This document shows, one piece after another, positions 10,407 through 18,926 of a stretch of 32,000 nucleotides of DNA. Each line of letters starts with the position of its first letter. Within the stretch, counting starts at the first letter, position 1. Made by a program: the position numbers and the translations under genes. Source of the stretch: Candidatus Heimdallarchaeota archaeon B3_Heim (GTDB lineage Archaea; Asgardarchaeota; Heimdallarchaeia; Hodarchaeales; Hodarchaeaceae); contig NJBF01000008.1 of assembly GCA_003144275.1 (NCBI GenBank), forward strand, positions 66,932 through 98,931, written 5' to 3'. The notes under the pieces are model-generated. The model did not search any database. It saw nothing but the letters and a program-made list of their open reading frames with translations, and was not told where the DNA came from.

Positions 10407-10937
10407 GTGGATAAGATACAACTTCGAGCATTCTATGAGGAATATGAAGCAATAGATGCTAATAATTACTCTCAAATCTTTGATTTAATCAGGAGAATCG
10501 CGAGTACTGTTCTAAAAAAATCACGAGCGGGTATTCTAATAGGTTTAGAGGATTTAGGTTTTCACCCACAAGGGTTTGTAGGAGGTTATCATCGCGTTGG
10601 TACGAATGAAATTTATCTTAACCGCAATGTATTGCAAATAATGAGAGAAGAAACACCAAAAGGCCACTATAAGGCTTATTTATTCCATTTACTCCTACAC
10701 GAATATATCCACTCTATAGGATATACCGAGGAAGAAGATACTCAAAAAATGACACGATTTATATCTAGGACAATTTTTGGTACAAGACATCCTGTTTTCA
10801 AAATTGCGGCCTACGGACTGAATGCATTATTTCCCCATGAATTCTATGAGGGCCACTTCGAACCCGATGATCATTTACCAAGAAATATCGAATTTATTCA
10901 ACTTCACCATCATGATAGTCGATTAACCTATATGTAA
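10407..10937 (+). CDS. Zincin-like metalloprotein (HEXXH)
   Basis: GGYH..GTNEIYLN followed by HLLLHEYIHSIGY..E. Confidence 0.8.
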   Translation: MDKIQLRAFYEEYEAIDANNYSQIFDLIRRIASTVLKKSRAGILIGLEDLGFHPQGFVGGYHRVGTNEIYLNRNVLQIMREETPKGHYKAYLFHLLLHEYIHSIGYTEEEDTQKMTRFISRTIFGTRHPVFKIAAYGLNALFPHEFYEGHFEPDDHLPRNIEFIQLHHHDSRLTYM

Positions 10938-11107
10938 TTCAGGAAACTACAATAAGTTAAAGTTAATCCTTTATTTTCTATTTGAGAATACTTTCCCTAC
11001 CTAGATATTGATGGAGAGAGAACTTTTAAAATCGTAGCAAAACAGTCCATACTTAAGTTTACATTAATTATAGAATTGGTCAAAAGAAACATTTCAGAGA
11101 GGATTTT

Positions 11108-11347
11108 ATGAAAAAAATTGGTGGATTAGCGAAAGGAGCTGCAAAAGGGGCCGTTAAAGAAGCAATGAGTACCGCATTACAAACAGCAGTAAAAGAAATA
11201 ATTGTTGAAACTGGTGCAAAGGATATAGCAAAAGATCAGTTGTTAGAAGTAGGGAAAAAAGTTATGGGAGATAAATCAATCCCAAACAAGCAAAAATTAC
11301 AGAAAGAAATACTCAAAACATTGATTAAGAAAGAATTAGGACTATAA
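11108..11347 (+). CDS. Small hypothetical protein (79 aa)
   Basis: SD GAGGA, ATG start, Lys/Ala-rich helical sequence; convergent with 11377-13515. Confidence 0.65.
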   Translation: MKKIGGLAKGAAKGAVKEAMSTALQTAVKEIIVETGAKDIAKDQLLEVGKKVMGDKSIPNKQKLQKEILKTLIKKELGL

Positions 11348-11376
11348 GGAATAGCTCCCTTATTCTATCCAATCCT

Positions 11377-13515
11377 TCAACTTTTTTCACCTGTGGATTC
11401 TGTAATATCGCTAGATTTTTCGGGACTCGGAGTCCTCTCATCTGACTCAATGGGCAAATCTAGCGGATCTTTACTACATTTTCTTCTTTCTAGGCGGATT
11501 TTCAATGAGGTCAGCTCCAGAAATATGACGAGGACTATCATAATGACAATACGAGGCATCGCATAAAGATCACCTTGAATCCCTTGATAGCAGGAACCTA
11601 AGAATAAGCCAAGTATGAGAAGTCGACTGAAATTTCTGAAAAAAATAATTATAATTCCATCAGGTTTCTTTCGAACAAACTGGAACCATTCAATCACGAC
11701 TAAAATGAAAATTTGAGCTGTAAGCGCTCCTAACAAATACCAACTCCAAATAGTAAATCCTCCAATCTGATACAAATCACCACTATTAATAGAAGCAAAA
11801 GAATAAGTTGGAATAGCATATGAACCATCCATACTTGTACCAGTAAGTAATATCAAAAGGAAGAGGAGAACCTCGTACACCGAGCCCAATAATAATACGA
11901 GTGCAATAACAAAGGCTTTTATGAAAGAAAATACGGGTGTGAGAATTATGTACAAAGCTGAAGCTAGGATACTAAGCATTTGATAGGAACCCCTCAAAAT
12001 TTTATGCAGTTTTGAATCACTCACCTCTCTGGATGGATCCATGGAGGATTGAGACCTTTGCCTCTTAGGAACAGTCACAATTTCTGAATTAGAAGGAGAG
12101 TCCGGGATAAGAGTCTCTAGAATTTCGTGACGTGATGAAACCAAAGCAGGATCTTGACCCAAATATTGTAGCCCACTAACAATTGATCTTTTTACAGCTA
12201 AATGCCTTTGAAAACCAACCGTGGTTTCAAAGAACACGTATGTCAGAATAAGGAGGGGAGTAAAGATATACATACTAGAGTAGGAATAATTGTAAGTATA
12301 TGCAGTAACCATCATTAAAGTTCGAATCCCAAGTATTCTACCAACCCAAAAACTCACAGTATTCAATTTATAGTTGGAATGAGAAACCCCAGCTTCTGAG
12401 AAGCTCAAGACGATCATAGCAATTAAAATTGCGCTCGTTATGAACAGATGAATATTTAGTGGACCTATTAATCTTGAGGTGAAAAAAGAATCTTGAAAAA
12501 ATCCACTTTGCCACCCATATCCCCAAGGGAAAAGCAAGCTAAATAGTAAAAAAGGCCCCCCGATGGAAAGTACCAGCTTTTCATATCTGGAATAATATTG
12601 AAAATAATCACGCCAATTATGAAATATTTGTTTGAAGTCTGACAAAATTTTACCAGCATCAACTGAATGGGCAACTCTAATCAGGAATGGAGAAATAGTT
12701 CTTATCCAAAAATCAGTTTTTAATTGTCTTTCCAACAATATTTGTAGAACAATTAACAAGGGGAAAAATAGGGCAATTCTCCAAGGTAGGGGTAACAACG
12801 AGGCTTTAAAAATTAGAACAAGAAATCCTATTCTTGCGATGATAATTAAAAAATCGTCATCCAACTTTCGCAGAAAACCCTTGGATAATAAGCTTTGTTT
12901 CCATCTGTGAATCAGCCATCCTTCGAAGAAAAGGAAATTAAATACCCATAAGGCACCAATGGAGATATAACTATCGGTAAAATATTCTACGACATAAAGA
13001 TAGTAGTGACTTGCACCAATATCTCCAAATGGTCTCGTTGCGACCATTATAATTAGCATTATAAAGGTAAAAGCAGAGATAACCCTATAGATTGCAAAAA
13101 GTTTATATTGTCGTAATTGCTCCAGATATTTACGAGTAGAGGAGGAGAATGTGGGGGAGTCTTTTGATTTAGAGCCACGAAAGGAAAGTGGTGGCTTCTT
13201 TACTGAAGCTTTTTTTGATCCATGTCCTGCCTTGGTCTTATCTAGGTGACTGGTCTGGTCATTTTTTGGTTCTAAATATTGGTCACATATTTCAGAGGGA
13301 GAACCACATTCTTCCATCGCTTCTAATACGTTCGAATGTGAAATGGTTTCCCCTGTGGCAAGCTCATTGCTTCGAATAAACATAAAATCATTGATTTCAT
13401 TTAGTAGTGAGTCTATTTCATTTGGATGCATTTTACAGGTTGATTTCAAGTATTCTTCAACATTATCGATATACGAGCGGATTAACACCTTGGCATCGTT
13501 ATTAATTTTCTTCAT
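11377..13515 (-). CDS. HAAS-domain multi-pass membrane protein
   Basis: N-terminal YIDNVEEYL...EIDSLLNEINDF...VLEAMEECGSPSEICDQY (HAAS/DUF1700 pattern), then two TM clusters; 5 nt downstream of PadR. Confidence 0.85.
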   Translation of the reverse strand: MKKINNDAKVLIRSYIDNVEEYLKSTCKMHPNEIDSLLNEINDFMFIRSNELATGETISHSNVLEAMEECGSPSEICDQYLEPKNDQTSHLDKTKAGHGSKKASVKKPPLSFRGSKSKDSPTFSSSTRKYLEQLRQYKLFAIYRVISAFTFIMLIIMVATRPFGDIGASHYYLYVVEYFTDSYISIGALWVFNFLFFEGWLIHRWKQSLLSKGFLRKLDDDFLIIIARIGFLVLIFKASLLPLPWRIALFFPLLIVLQILLERQLKTDFWIRTISPFLIRVAHSVDAGKILSDFKQIFHNWRDYFQYYSRYEKLVLSIGGPFLLFSLLFPWGYGWQSGFFQDSFFTSRLIGPLNIHLFITSAILIAMIVLSFSEAGVSHSNYKLNTVSFWVGRILGIRTLMMVTAYTYNYSYSSMYIFTPLLILTYVFFETTVGFQRHLAVKRSIVSGLQYLGQDPALVSSRHEILETLIPDSPSNSEIVTVPKRQRSQSSMDPSREVSDSKLHKILRGSYQMLSILASALYIILTPVFSFIKAFVIALVLLLGSVYEVLLFLLILLTGTSMDGSYAIPTYSFASINSGDLYQIGGFTIWSWYLLGALTAQIFILVVIEWFQFVRKKPDGIIIIFFRNFSRLLILGLFLGSCYQGIQGDLYAMPRIVIMIVLVIFLELTSLKIRLERRKCSKDPLDLPIESDERTPSPEKSSDITESTGEKS

Positions 13516-13520
13516 ATAAT

Positions 13521-13937
13521 TTACCTCTGTTCACGCTTAAAGGATTGAATTTCATTATACCAGCCTTGAATAGAATCATGGTAAGTAAAATACGTTTGAA
13601 TCATTGATTCGATCATCAATTCACCAGCAGATGTAATAGTATAAATACGACGGGGCATACCTGGAGATTCTAAATCTTCTGCAATTATTGATGTAATTAA
13701 ACCATCTTTTTCCATTCGATTGAGCATTGGATAAACAGTACCAGCCTTTAACGGAATATTAGATTCCCTAAGCATTTTAATCAACCCATAACCGTGTGCC
13801 TCTTCAGTACGTAATCGGATAAGCAATAAAATCATCAATTTTAGTAATCCACGGCGAAAATCACGTTCCCAATCTCGGATTATTTTGGGAGTATCTCTGG
13901 AATTCTCATCTGTGTTATCGGTATTCTCAGTTGACAG
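13521..13937 (-). CDS. PadR-family transcriptional regulator (N-terminus extends beyond the ORF-track start at 13838)
   Basis: WERDFRRGLLKLMILLLI...HGYGL...GTVYPMLNRMEKDGLI...RRIYTITSAG. Frame is open to an in-frame CTG at 13937; an in-frame TGA lies two codons further upstream. Confidence 0.9.
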   Translation of the reverse strand: MSTENTDNTDENSRDTPKIIRDWERDFRRGLLKLMILLLIRLRTEEAHGYGLIKMLRESNIPLKAGTVYPMLNRMEKDGLITSIIAEDLESPGMPRRIYTITSAGELMIESMIQTYFTYHDSIQGWYNEIQSFKREQR

Positions 13938-14000
13938 CTTTCATGCCCCGAGGACCTTTATTGCTCGAAATATCCTACTGTGAATCAGTTCAAAGAATCA

Positions 14001-14029
14001 ATAGCTGAACTTGCACAGCTATATATATA
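14001..14029 (-). promoter_or_regulatory. padR promoter: TATA (TATATATA) overlapped by inverted repeat ATAGCTG-N8-CAGCTAT
   Basis: Perfect 7-bp arms at 14001-14007 and 14016-14022, abutting the TA run at 14021-14029. Confidence 0.55.
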
Positions 14030-14200
14030 GGTGTACCTACAGGAATCCGTTCTCCATTCTTCCCAGTCTACTCGTGCTCTTAACCGTTCTACCTTCTTAT
14101 TTATGTTTATCTAGGCTCGAACGCGCTCCAAATCTACATAGTTCTACTTCTGGTATAAGATTCTCTTCTCGTCAAGTATAGATTTACCTATTTTCTCCAA

Positions 14201-14830
14201 CTACCGACGTGCCTCAAAATACTTTTTTCTCTGATTTACTATTGACTCAAAAATTATTTTTTCCTCCATACCACTGGCGACTCCTCTTTTTACTTCCTCA
14301 AAATATCGATAATTGTTCAAATCGCGATCGTGAGCATTATAAAACATGATCCAAGTTTGGCTATTGATTATTGCTATTGGAATTTGATATTCTGATTCCC
14401 AATCCCATTTATGATACTCTCCTGAATGGGACATCCATACTAACTCGTGTAGCGATGACGGTCTATATTTCCATGTAAGGGCTAGTCCTTCTCGATAATT
14501 CTCGCCAAGACAATTACTAAGGTTAATCTCGTAGTCATCATCTACAATTACGGTAATATAGAACGTATTCTCTTCATTAACATACCACGAGACAACAGGA
14601 TAGATATGGTCAATGTCAATATCTTCCATATAGTCCCACTTATTTATAATAACGGTTTCAATAAAAAGGCGTGGAATAACATACATATAATGTTCTTCTT
14701 TCAATTCCAATAATTGACCTAACTCAGTTTCGGTTTTCACGTTCATAATATCTTTATCGTATTGAATAAAAGTGTAAAGTGATCCTACTTTCTCGTAACC
14801 ATCACGACTTTTTATATACATTCTGTTCAT
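14201..14830 (-). CDS. Hypothetical protein (209 aa), possibly C-terminally truncated by nonsense mutations
   Basis: Long ORF; the same frame continues to 13985 with only TAG stops. Confidence 0.65.
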   Translation of the reverse strand: MNRMYIKSRDGYEKVGSLYTFIQYDKDIMNVKTETELGQLLELKEEHYMYVIPRLFIETVIINKWDYMEDIDIDHIYPVVSWYVNEENTFYITVIVDDDYEINLSNCLGENYREGLALTWKYRPSSLHELVWMSHSGEYHKWDWESEYQIPIAIINSQTWIMFYNAHDRDLNNYRYFEEVKRGVASGMEEKIIFESIVNQRKKYFEARR

Positions 14831-15165
14831 CCTTTACCTGAAGTGATAGATATTAGATAATCCAACTTTCATCTTATTTCTTAGATTTATTCTTTTTAAG
14901 ACTTTCTTTCACCGTTTTATTGTTTCAAAACACAGAATACAAGGTGAGGACTCCATCACATTAAAAACATCGATCAGGTGAACCTTCGACTTATTGAAGT
15001 AGTTACGGTTGAAATTGTAGTAGTTGTTTTCCTTACTCTTATTTTTGGTTCAATCCAGATCTTTTTGATTGTAATAATTTCTCCGTTGCGTTCATCTTAG
15101 ATATATATGGGTATGACAAAGTAGTGTCCGAAAACCAAGAACGAACCCAACTGTTTGAAGCAGAT

Positions 15166-16854
15166 TTAGAGAAACCTTAGCCTTTTTTGAAGGTCCTCCC
15201 ACGATCCTCCTCCAAATTTAAGCAGGTATTCAGTAAGTTTAACGAGAAGAGGTTCCTCATCCAGAATCCAGAGTAAAAGAGGAGACAGTTTTCCCCATTC
15301 AGATTCGTAATCGATACCAGGAAAAAAGCAATGAATAGTTAGATAGACAGCTGTATTATCAAAAGCCGCTCTAAAAGAAGTTCTTCTACCTGATTGTGGG
15401 GGACGATTCGATAAAATCTGCATGATATGATGGGACAGAGTGCGATCATCAGTTGCGGTCTCAAAGTAAAGGAGAGAAAATTCCTTGGCTAAGGTTTCCC
15501 CTTCCATGGTAGAGACCACAGGTTGGGGTGTACAGACTCCAATTAAGGCAATGGGCCGTTCATTTAAAGGAGTGGATGTTGGAAGAGTCTGAAATTTTTC
15601 TTTTAGGAGATTAAAGGATGGTCGATCACTTTTATCGAAAATAATTAGTACTCCGCCCACCTTTTGTAAAGCAGAATTAAGAGTGTCTCCAGAAAGGGAT
15701 TTCAGACTTATCTGAAACAGGAGACTTACAATAAGATCTTTTATCTTAACTTTTTTTATTTCATTCTCAGAAATCCATGCTTCCCAATCCCGAAGTTTGA
15801 TCCCCCTGCGATAGAGCTCTAGGAGGGGCCCCCAGTTCTCAGGAGTCAGCGGATTTCCTCGGACATATAGCACCTGCAGATGCTTGAGCTGAGTTAAGGT
15901 TGGCGGAAGAGATAACAATTTATTATCTTTCACGCGCAATGCGGACAGGTGGATAAGCGAATGTATCTCCTCTGGGAGCTGAGTCAATTGATTGGCATTC
16001 AGGTTTAAATTCCGAAGATTCGACAGAATTAACACAGGATAGGGGAATACCAAGAAACGATTCTTTTGCAAGTACAAGTTCCGAAGGTGATGAAGGTTTC
16101 TGATTGACTCAGGAAGAATGGTTAGGGAATTACTCGTGATTGAGAGTTTTTGAAGAGTTTGTAATCCTCCGAGGGTCGGGGGAAGCATTTTTAAGTGATT
16201 ATTATCCAACGATAAATTTTGTAAATTGGGAAGAGTTCCGAGGGAGTCAGGAAGCGAGCTCAGCTGGTTATACCGACACCAAAACTCACGGAGCTGTGTC
16301 AATCCCCCTATAGTCTTCGGTAGAGTGGTTAAGTCGTTATGATCTAAATCCAACCGTGTTAATTGAGTCAGATTCCCGAATGAGTCAGGTAAAGATCTTA
16401 ACTGACAACAAGTGAGTTTTAGACTTTTCAGGTGCGCAAGACTCCCGAAAGAGATTGGGAGAGTCTGAAGCTCCTGTTTTTCTATGAATAAGCCAACTAG
16501 ATGTTGGTCTTTGATGTCTAGATGAATCATGCCCGAATTATATGGGGTATCCATCTGTCCTCCCAGGTCCAACAATGCATAAGCTTCGTGTTGTACCAAA
16601 ACTGAGTACAGCCAATAATTTCTCTGATACTTTGCATCCAGTTGCAAACGGATACTGTCCTCTGCGGTTCCAGGATCTACATATCCCACAATCTCAAACC
16701 AGCCCGTAGAGCATAACACTCGAATTAATTCTTCCGCAACTGCAGTTTCGAGTTTAAAAAAGTCAAGAAACTCGTCAAATGTTAGTGATAACGTTCCCCC
16801 GGAATTATGAAATTCCCTCTGGATTTTTTGTAGTAGTTCCTGCCCACTCACCAT
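15166..16854 (-). CDS. LRR protein fused to a degenerate Rab/Roc-like small-GTPase domain
   Basis: About 9-10 23-aa LRRs (LxxLxLxxNxLxxLPxxxxxL); C-terminal GGVLIIFDKSDRPSF..L...IALIG....VVSTMEGETLAKEFSLLYFETA follows the Rab-fold pattern. Confidence 0.85.
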   Translation of the reverse strand: MVSGQELLQKIQREFHNSGGTLSLTFDEFLDFFKLETAVAEELIRVLCSTGWFEIVGYVDPGTAEDSIRLQLDAKYQRNYWLYSVLVQHEAYALLDLGGQMDTPYNSGMIHLDIKDQHLVGLFIEKQELQTLPISFGSLAHLKSLKLTCCQLRSLPDSFGNLTQLTRLDLDHNDLTTLPKTIGGLTQLREFWCRYNQLSSLPDSLGTLPNLQNLSLDNNHLKMLPPTLGGLQTLQKLSITSNSLTILPESIRNLHHLRNLYLQKNRFLVFPYPVLILSNLRNLNLNANQLTQLPEEIHSLIHLSALRVKDNKLLSLPPTLTQLKHLQVLYVRGNPLTPENWGPLLELYRRGIKLRDWEAWISENEIKKVKIKDLIVSLLFQISLKSLSGDTLNSALQKVGGVLIIFDKSDRPSFNLLKEKFQTLPTSTPLNERPIALIGVCTPQPVVSTMEGETLAKEFSLLYFETATDDRTLSHHIMQILSNRPPQSGRRTSFRAAFDNTAVYLTIHCFFPGIDYESEWGKLSPLLLWILDEEPLLVKLTEYLLKFGGGSWEDLQKRLRFL

Positions 16855-16913
16855 AGGAGTCTCAGCTCTACCTCGCTAATCAAAAATTTTTTTGTTAGAG
16901 AACCTTATCATCG

Positions 16914-17129
16914 CTAATCTCGTCTCCCTTTAGCTCGCCTTATGAGACAGAATAACCGGGGTTCTCGTTGATATGCGCCTTCCGAGGTAATATTCAATGG
17001 TTCCCAGCCCTCTTCAGCATATTCATTGATTAACTTCTCAAATCGTTCAATGCTTTGTGGATTTTGTGTTTCGGGTTGAGTAAGTATCTTATATTCCCAT
17101 TTTGACATTATTTCATTGACTTGTTTCAT
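16914..17129 (-). CDS. DUF4177-family small protein (start may be ATG 17108)
   Basis: KWEYKIL...FEKLINEYAEEGWEP...LIRR. Confidence 0.8.
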   Translation of the reverse strand: MKQVNEIMSKWEYKILTQPETQNPQSIERFEKLINEYAEEGWEPLNITSEGAYQREPRLFCLIRRAKGRRD

Positions 17130-17767
17130 GATATTTTCCCCTCAATGTTGCCATTGCTCCTGAAAACACGTAACTGCTGATGATACAGATGCAACTCCCC
17201 ATCCAACATCCAGCTCATAACGGCATCCACCACTTGAATTATCGAAGCAGTGTAAACTGATGTTTTGTAGTACACGATAATATTTTTCCAAATGTCTTGC
17301 TTTGTTCCCGATAACATGTACTCTTCTATAGTATGCTGAACTTCGAGTTGTATTTGCTTCGGTACTAAGTCCACTTTATACTGAAAGATGAATACACGCG
17401 CGTGGGGCTATTCTGCATTAGGTGATTCAGAGCTAAGTCAAAATAGTATTTCACTCTAGAGAGATTTTTTATTTACATAGAATCGAGGACGAAGACATAT
17501 CCTTTAACGTTTGAAAATATATGGAGGGTTAATGCTCCTGTGAAACGGTCCAAAAATGAAGTAGCTTCCCCTAGGTCAAAAACCACTATTTTTCTGTGCC
17601 CCAGAGTAAACGTGTACCTCTCATAGTCGATAGTCGGAGCGTAATTTTCATATTTTTTTTGGCATCTGTTTGCGTTGCATAAATATCCTAATAGTGGATT
17701 TTCCTGAATTTGATAAACCCATTAGCAGTAATTTTGGTATCTTGTGTTTTTTCAATTCTTTTCCCAT
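17126..17767 (-). pseudogene. Rag/Gtr1-like small GTPase pseudogene (2 frameshifts + 1 nonsense)
   Basis: Manual translation: MGKELKKHKIPKLLLMGLSNSGKST (G1); shift in an A8 run near 17653-17660; YAPTIDYER (G2), VFDLGE (G3), YVFVLDSM* (TAA 17473-5); shift near 17400; FIFQYKVDL (G4), YKTSVY (G5). Confidence 0.85.
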
Positions 17768-17802
17768 TCTTTCAGTTTTCCTCAGCTGAAGAAAGACCTA
17801 TT

Positions 17803-18774
17803 TCATAATCCTGCTCTCAGTTTACGCCCCTCTTCGCGATCATAGTCCAAACAGAACCCACACAGTTCATCCGCATCGAGATCACGACAAAGGCAGCATA
17901 AAGTATTGACGAAGGACTCACAAATCCCCTGACATTCCGTACACGTCATGAGGGAAATGTCAACTCTATGGCGTTGAAAATTGTTTGGAGGGGAAATAGT
18001 CGGTAACCGAATGCCAGCAGGACGGCCTTGCTGGACGGTGCGCTGAATCAGCTGTCTCTCCTCCAGCACTTGCAGATATGCAGTAAATGTAGAACGTTCA
18101 CGGGCACCTACGGCTAGTTCATCACATAAAAAGAGATATTGCCGACGAACTGCGGGACTAGTGACAATCTATGGAGAAGATTCCTCCACCACCTGGGCAA
18201 TGCTTAGTAATACGAGCTGTTGATGAAAGCTAAGCTACTGAATCCGGAGTTCGGGGGAAATTCCCGCAAATTTATGCTGACTGCGATGAACGTGGACACG
18301 ATTCACCTGAGGGTCGGCCTCAGTTTCTGCCAATTTCGCGGCACGCCAGAGGAGCTCAATCACCGAGTACGCATCCGAGGAGGATTGCGAAATTAACCGT
18401 AACGCAGGACCTTCGATGGTCGCCTGATTTAAACCCTGATGCGCTCGTTCACGGACGATCTGATACAATTACTGCTCGATATAGGGCGAGAGGGGGGTAA
18501 ATTTACTCTCTTCTGAGGGGAGTACACTCTCGGCAAGCTGTTGTCCGCTCGCACGGGAATCTGTCACCAGAAGCAGATTAAGTTTCTTTAACCCCCGAGT
18601 AGCAGGGGATGAGGCATCGATTGCTTCTTGCGCAGGAGTTAGAAGACAGAGAAATTGTGTGAGTTCCTCGGTAGCTACTCTCTCTGCATCATTCAGAACA
18701 ATCAGGTAGTTCCGGTTGTCCTGTTCCAACAGATCCAGAAGTTCCGATGTGAGACGTTCCCTCGAAAACGTGAA
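17803..18774 (-). pseudogene. Orc1/Cdc6-like AAA+/winged-helix gene, 5'-truncated, with three in-frame stops
   Basis: One frame joins three ORF-track pieces: YLIVLNDAE (Walker B-like), PYIEQ*LYQIVRERA, AYSVIELLWRAAKLAE (lid), *LSFHQQLVLLSIA...QYLFLCDEL...YLQVLEERQLI (Cdc6 WH). Stops are TAA 18469-71, TAG 18235-7 and TAG 18169-71. Confidence 0.82.
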
Positions 18775-18926
18775 TCACTCCAGTTTAGATCAAACAATTA
18801 CAAGTATCCTTTGATTGCAGAATTCTAGCATTTGTTCTATGTTTTTCCTATATACTAGAAATTCAATTTATCCACAATTTCATATTTATTTGGAGGGTTT
18901 TAGATAACCGTTCAAGCTCGGTATCA

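Noticed and set aside
17536-17546. Mini-ORB-like TCCTGTGAAAC near the Cdc6-like gene
   Set aside because: It lies inside the Rag pseudogene coding sequence, is single, and has no G-string or AT-rich unwinding element.
18778-18795. ORB-like CTCCAGTTTAGATCAAAC at the Cdc6 truncation point
   Set aside because: Weak single match with no paired inverted copy; not enough to call an origin.
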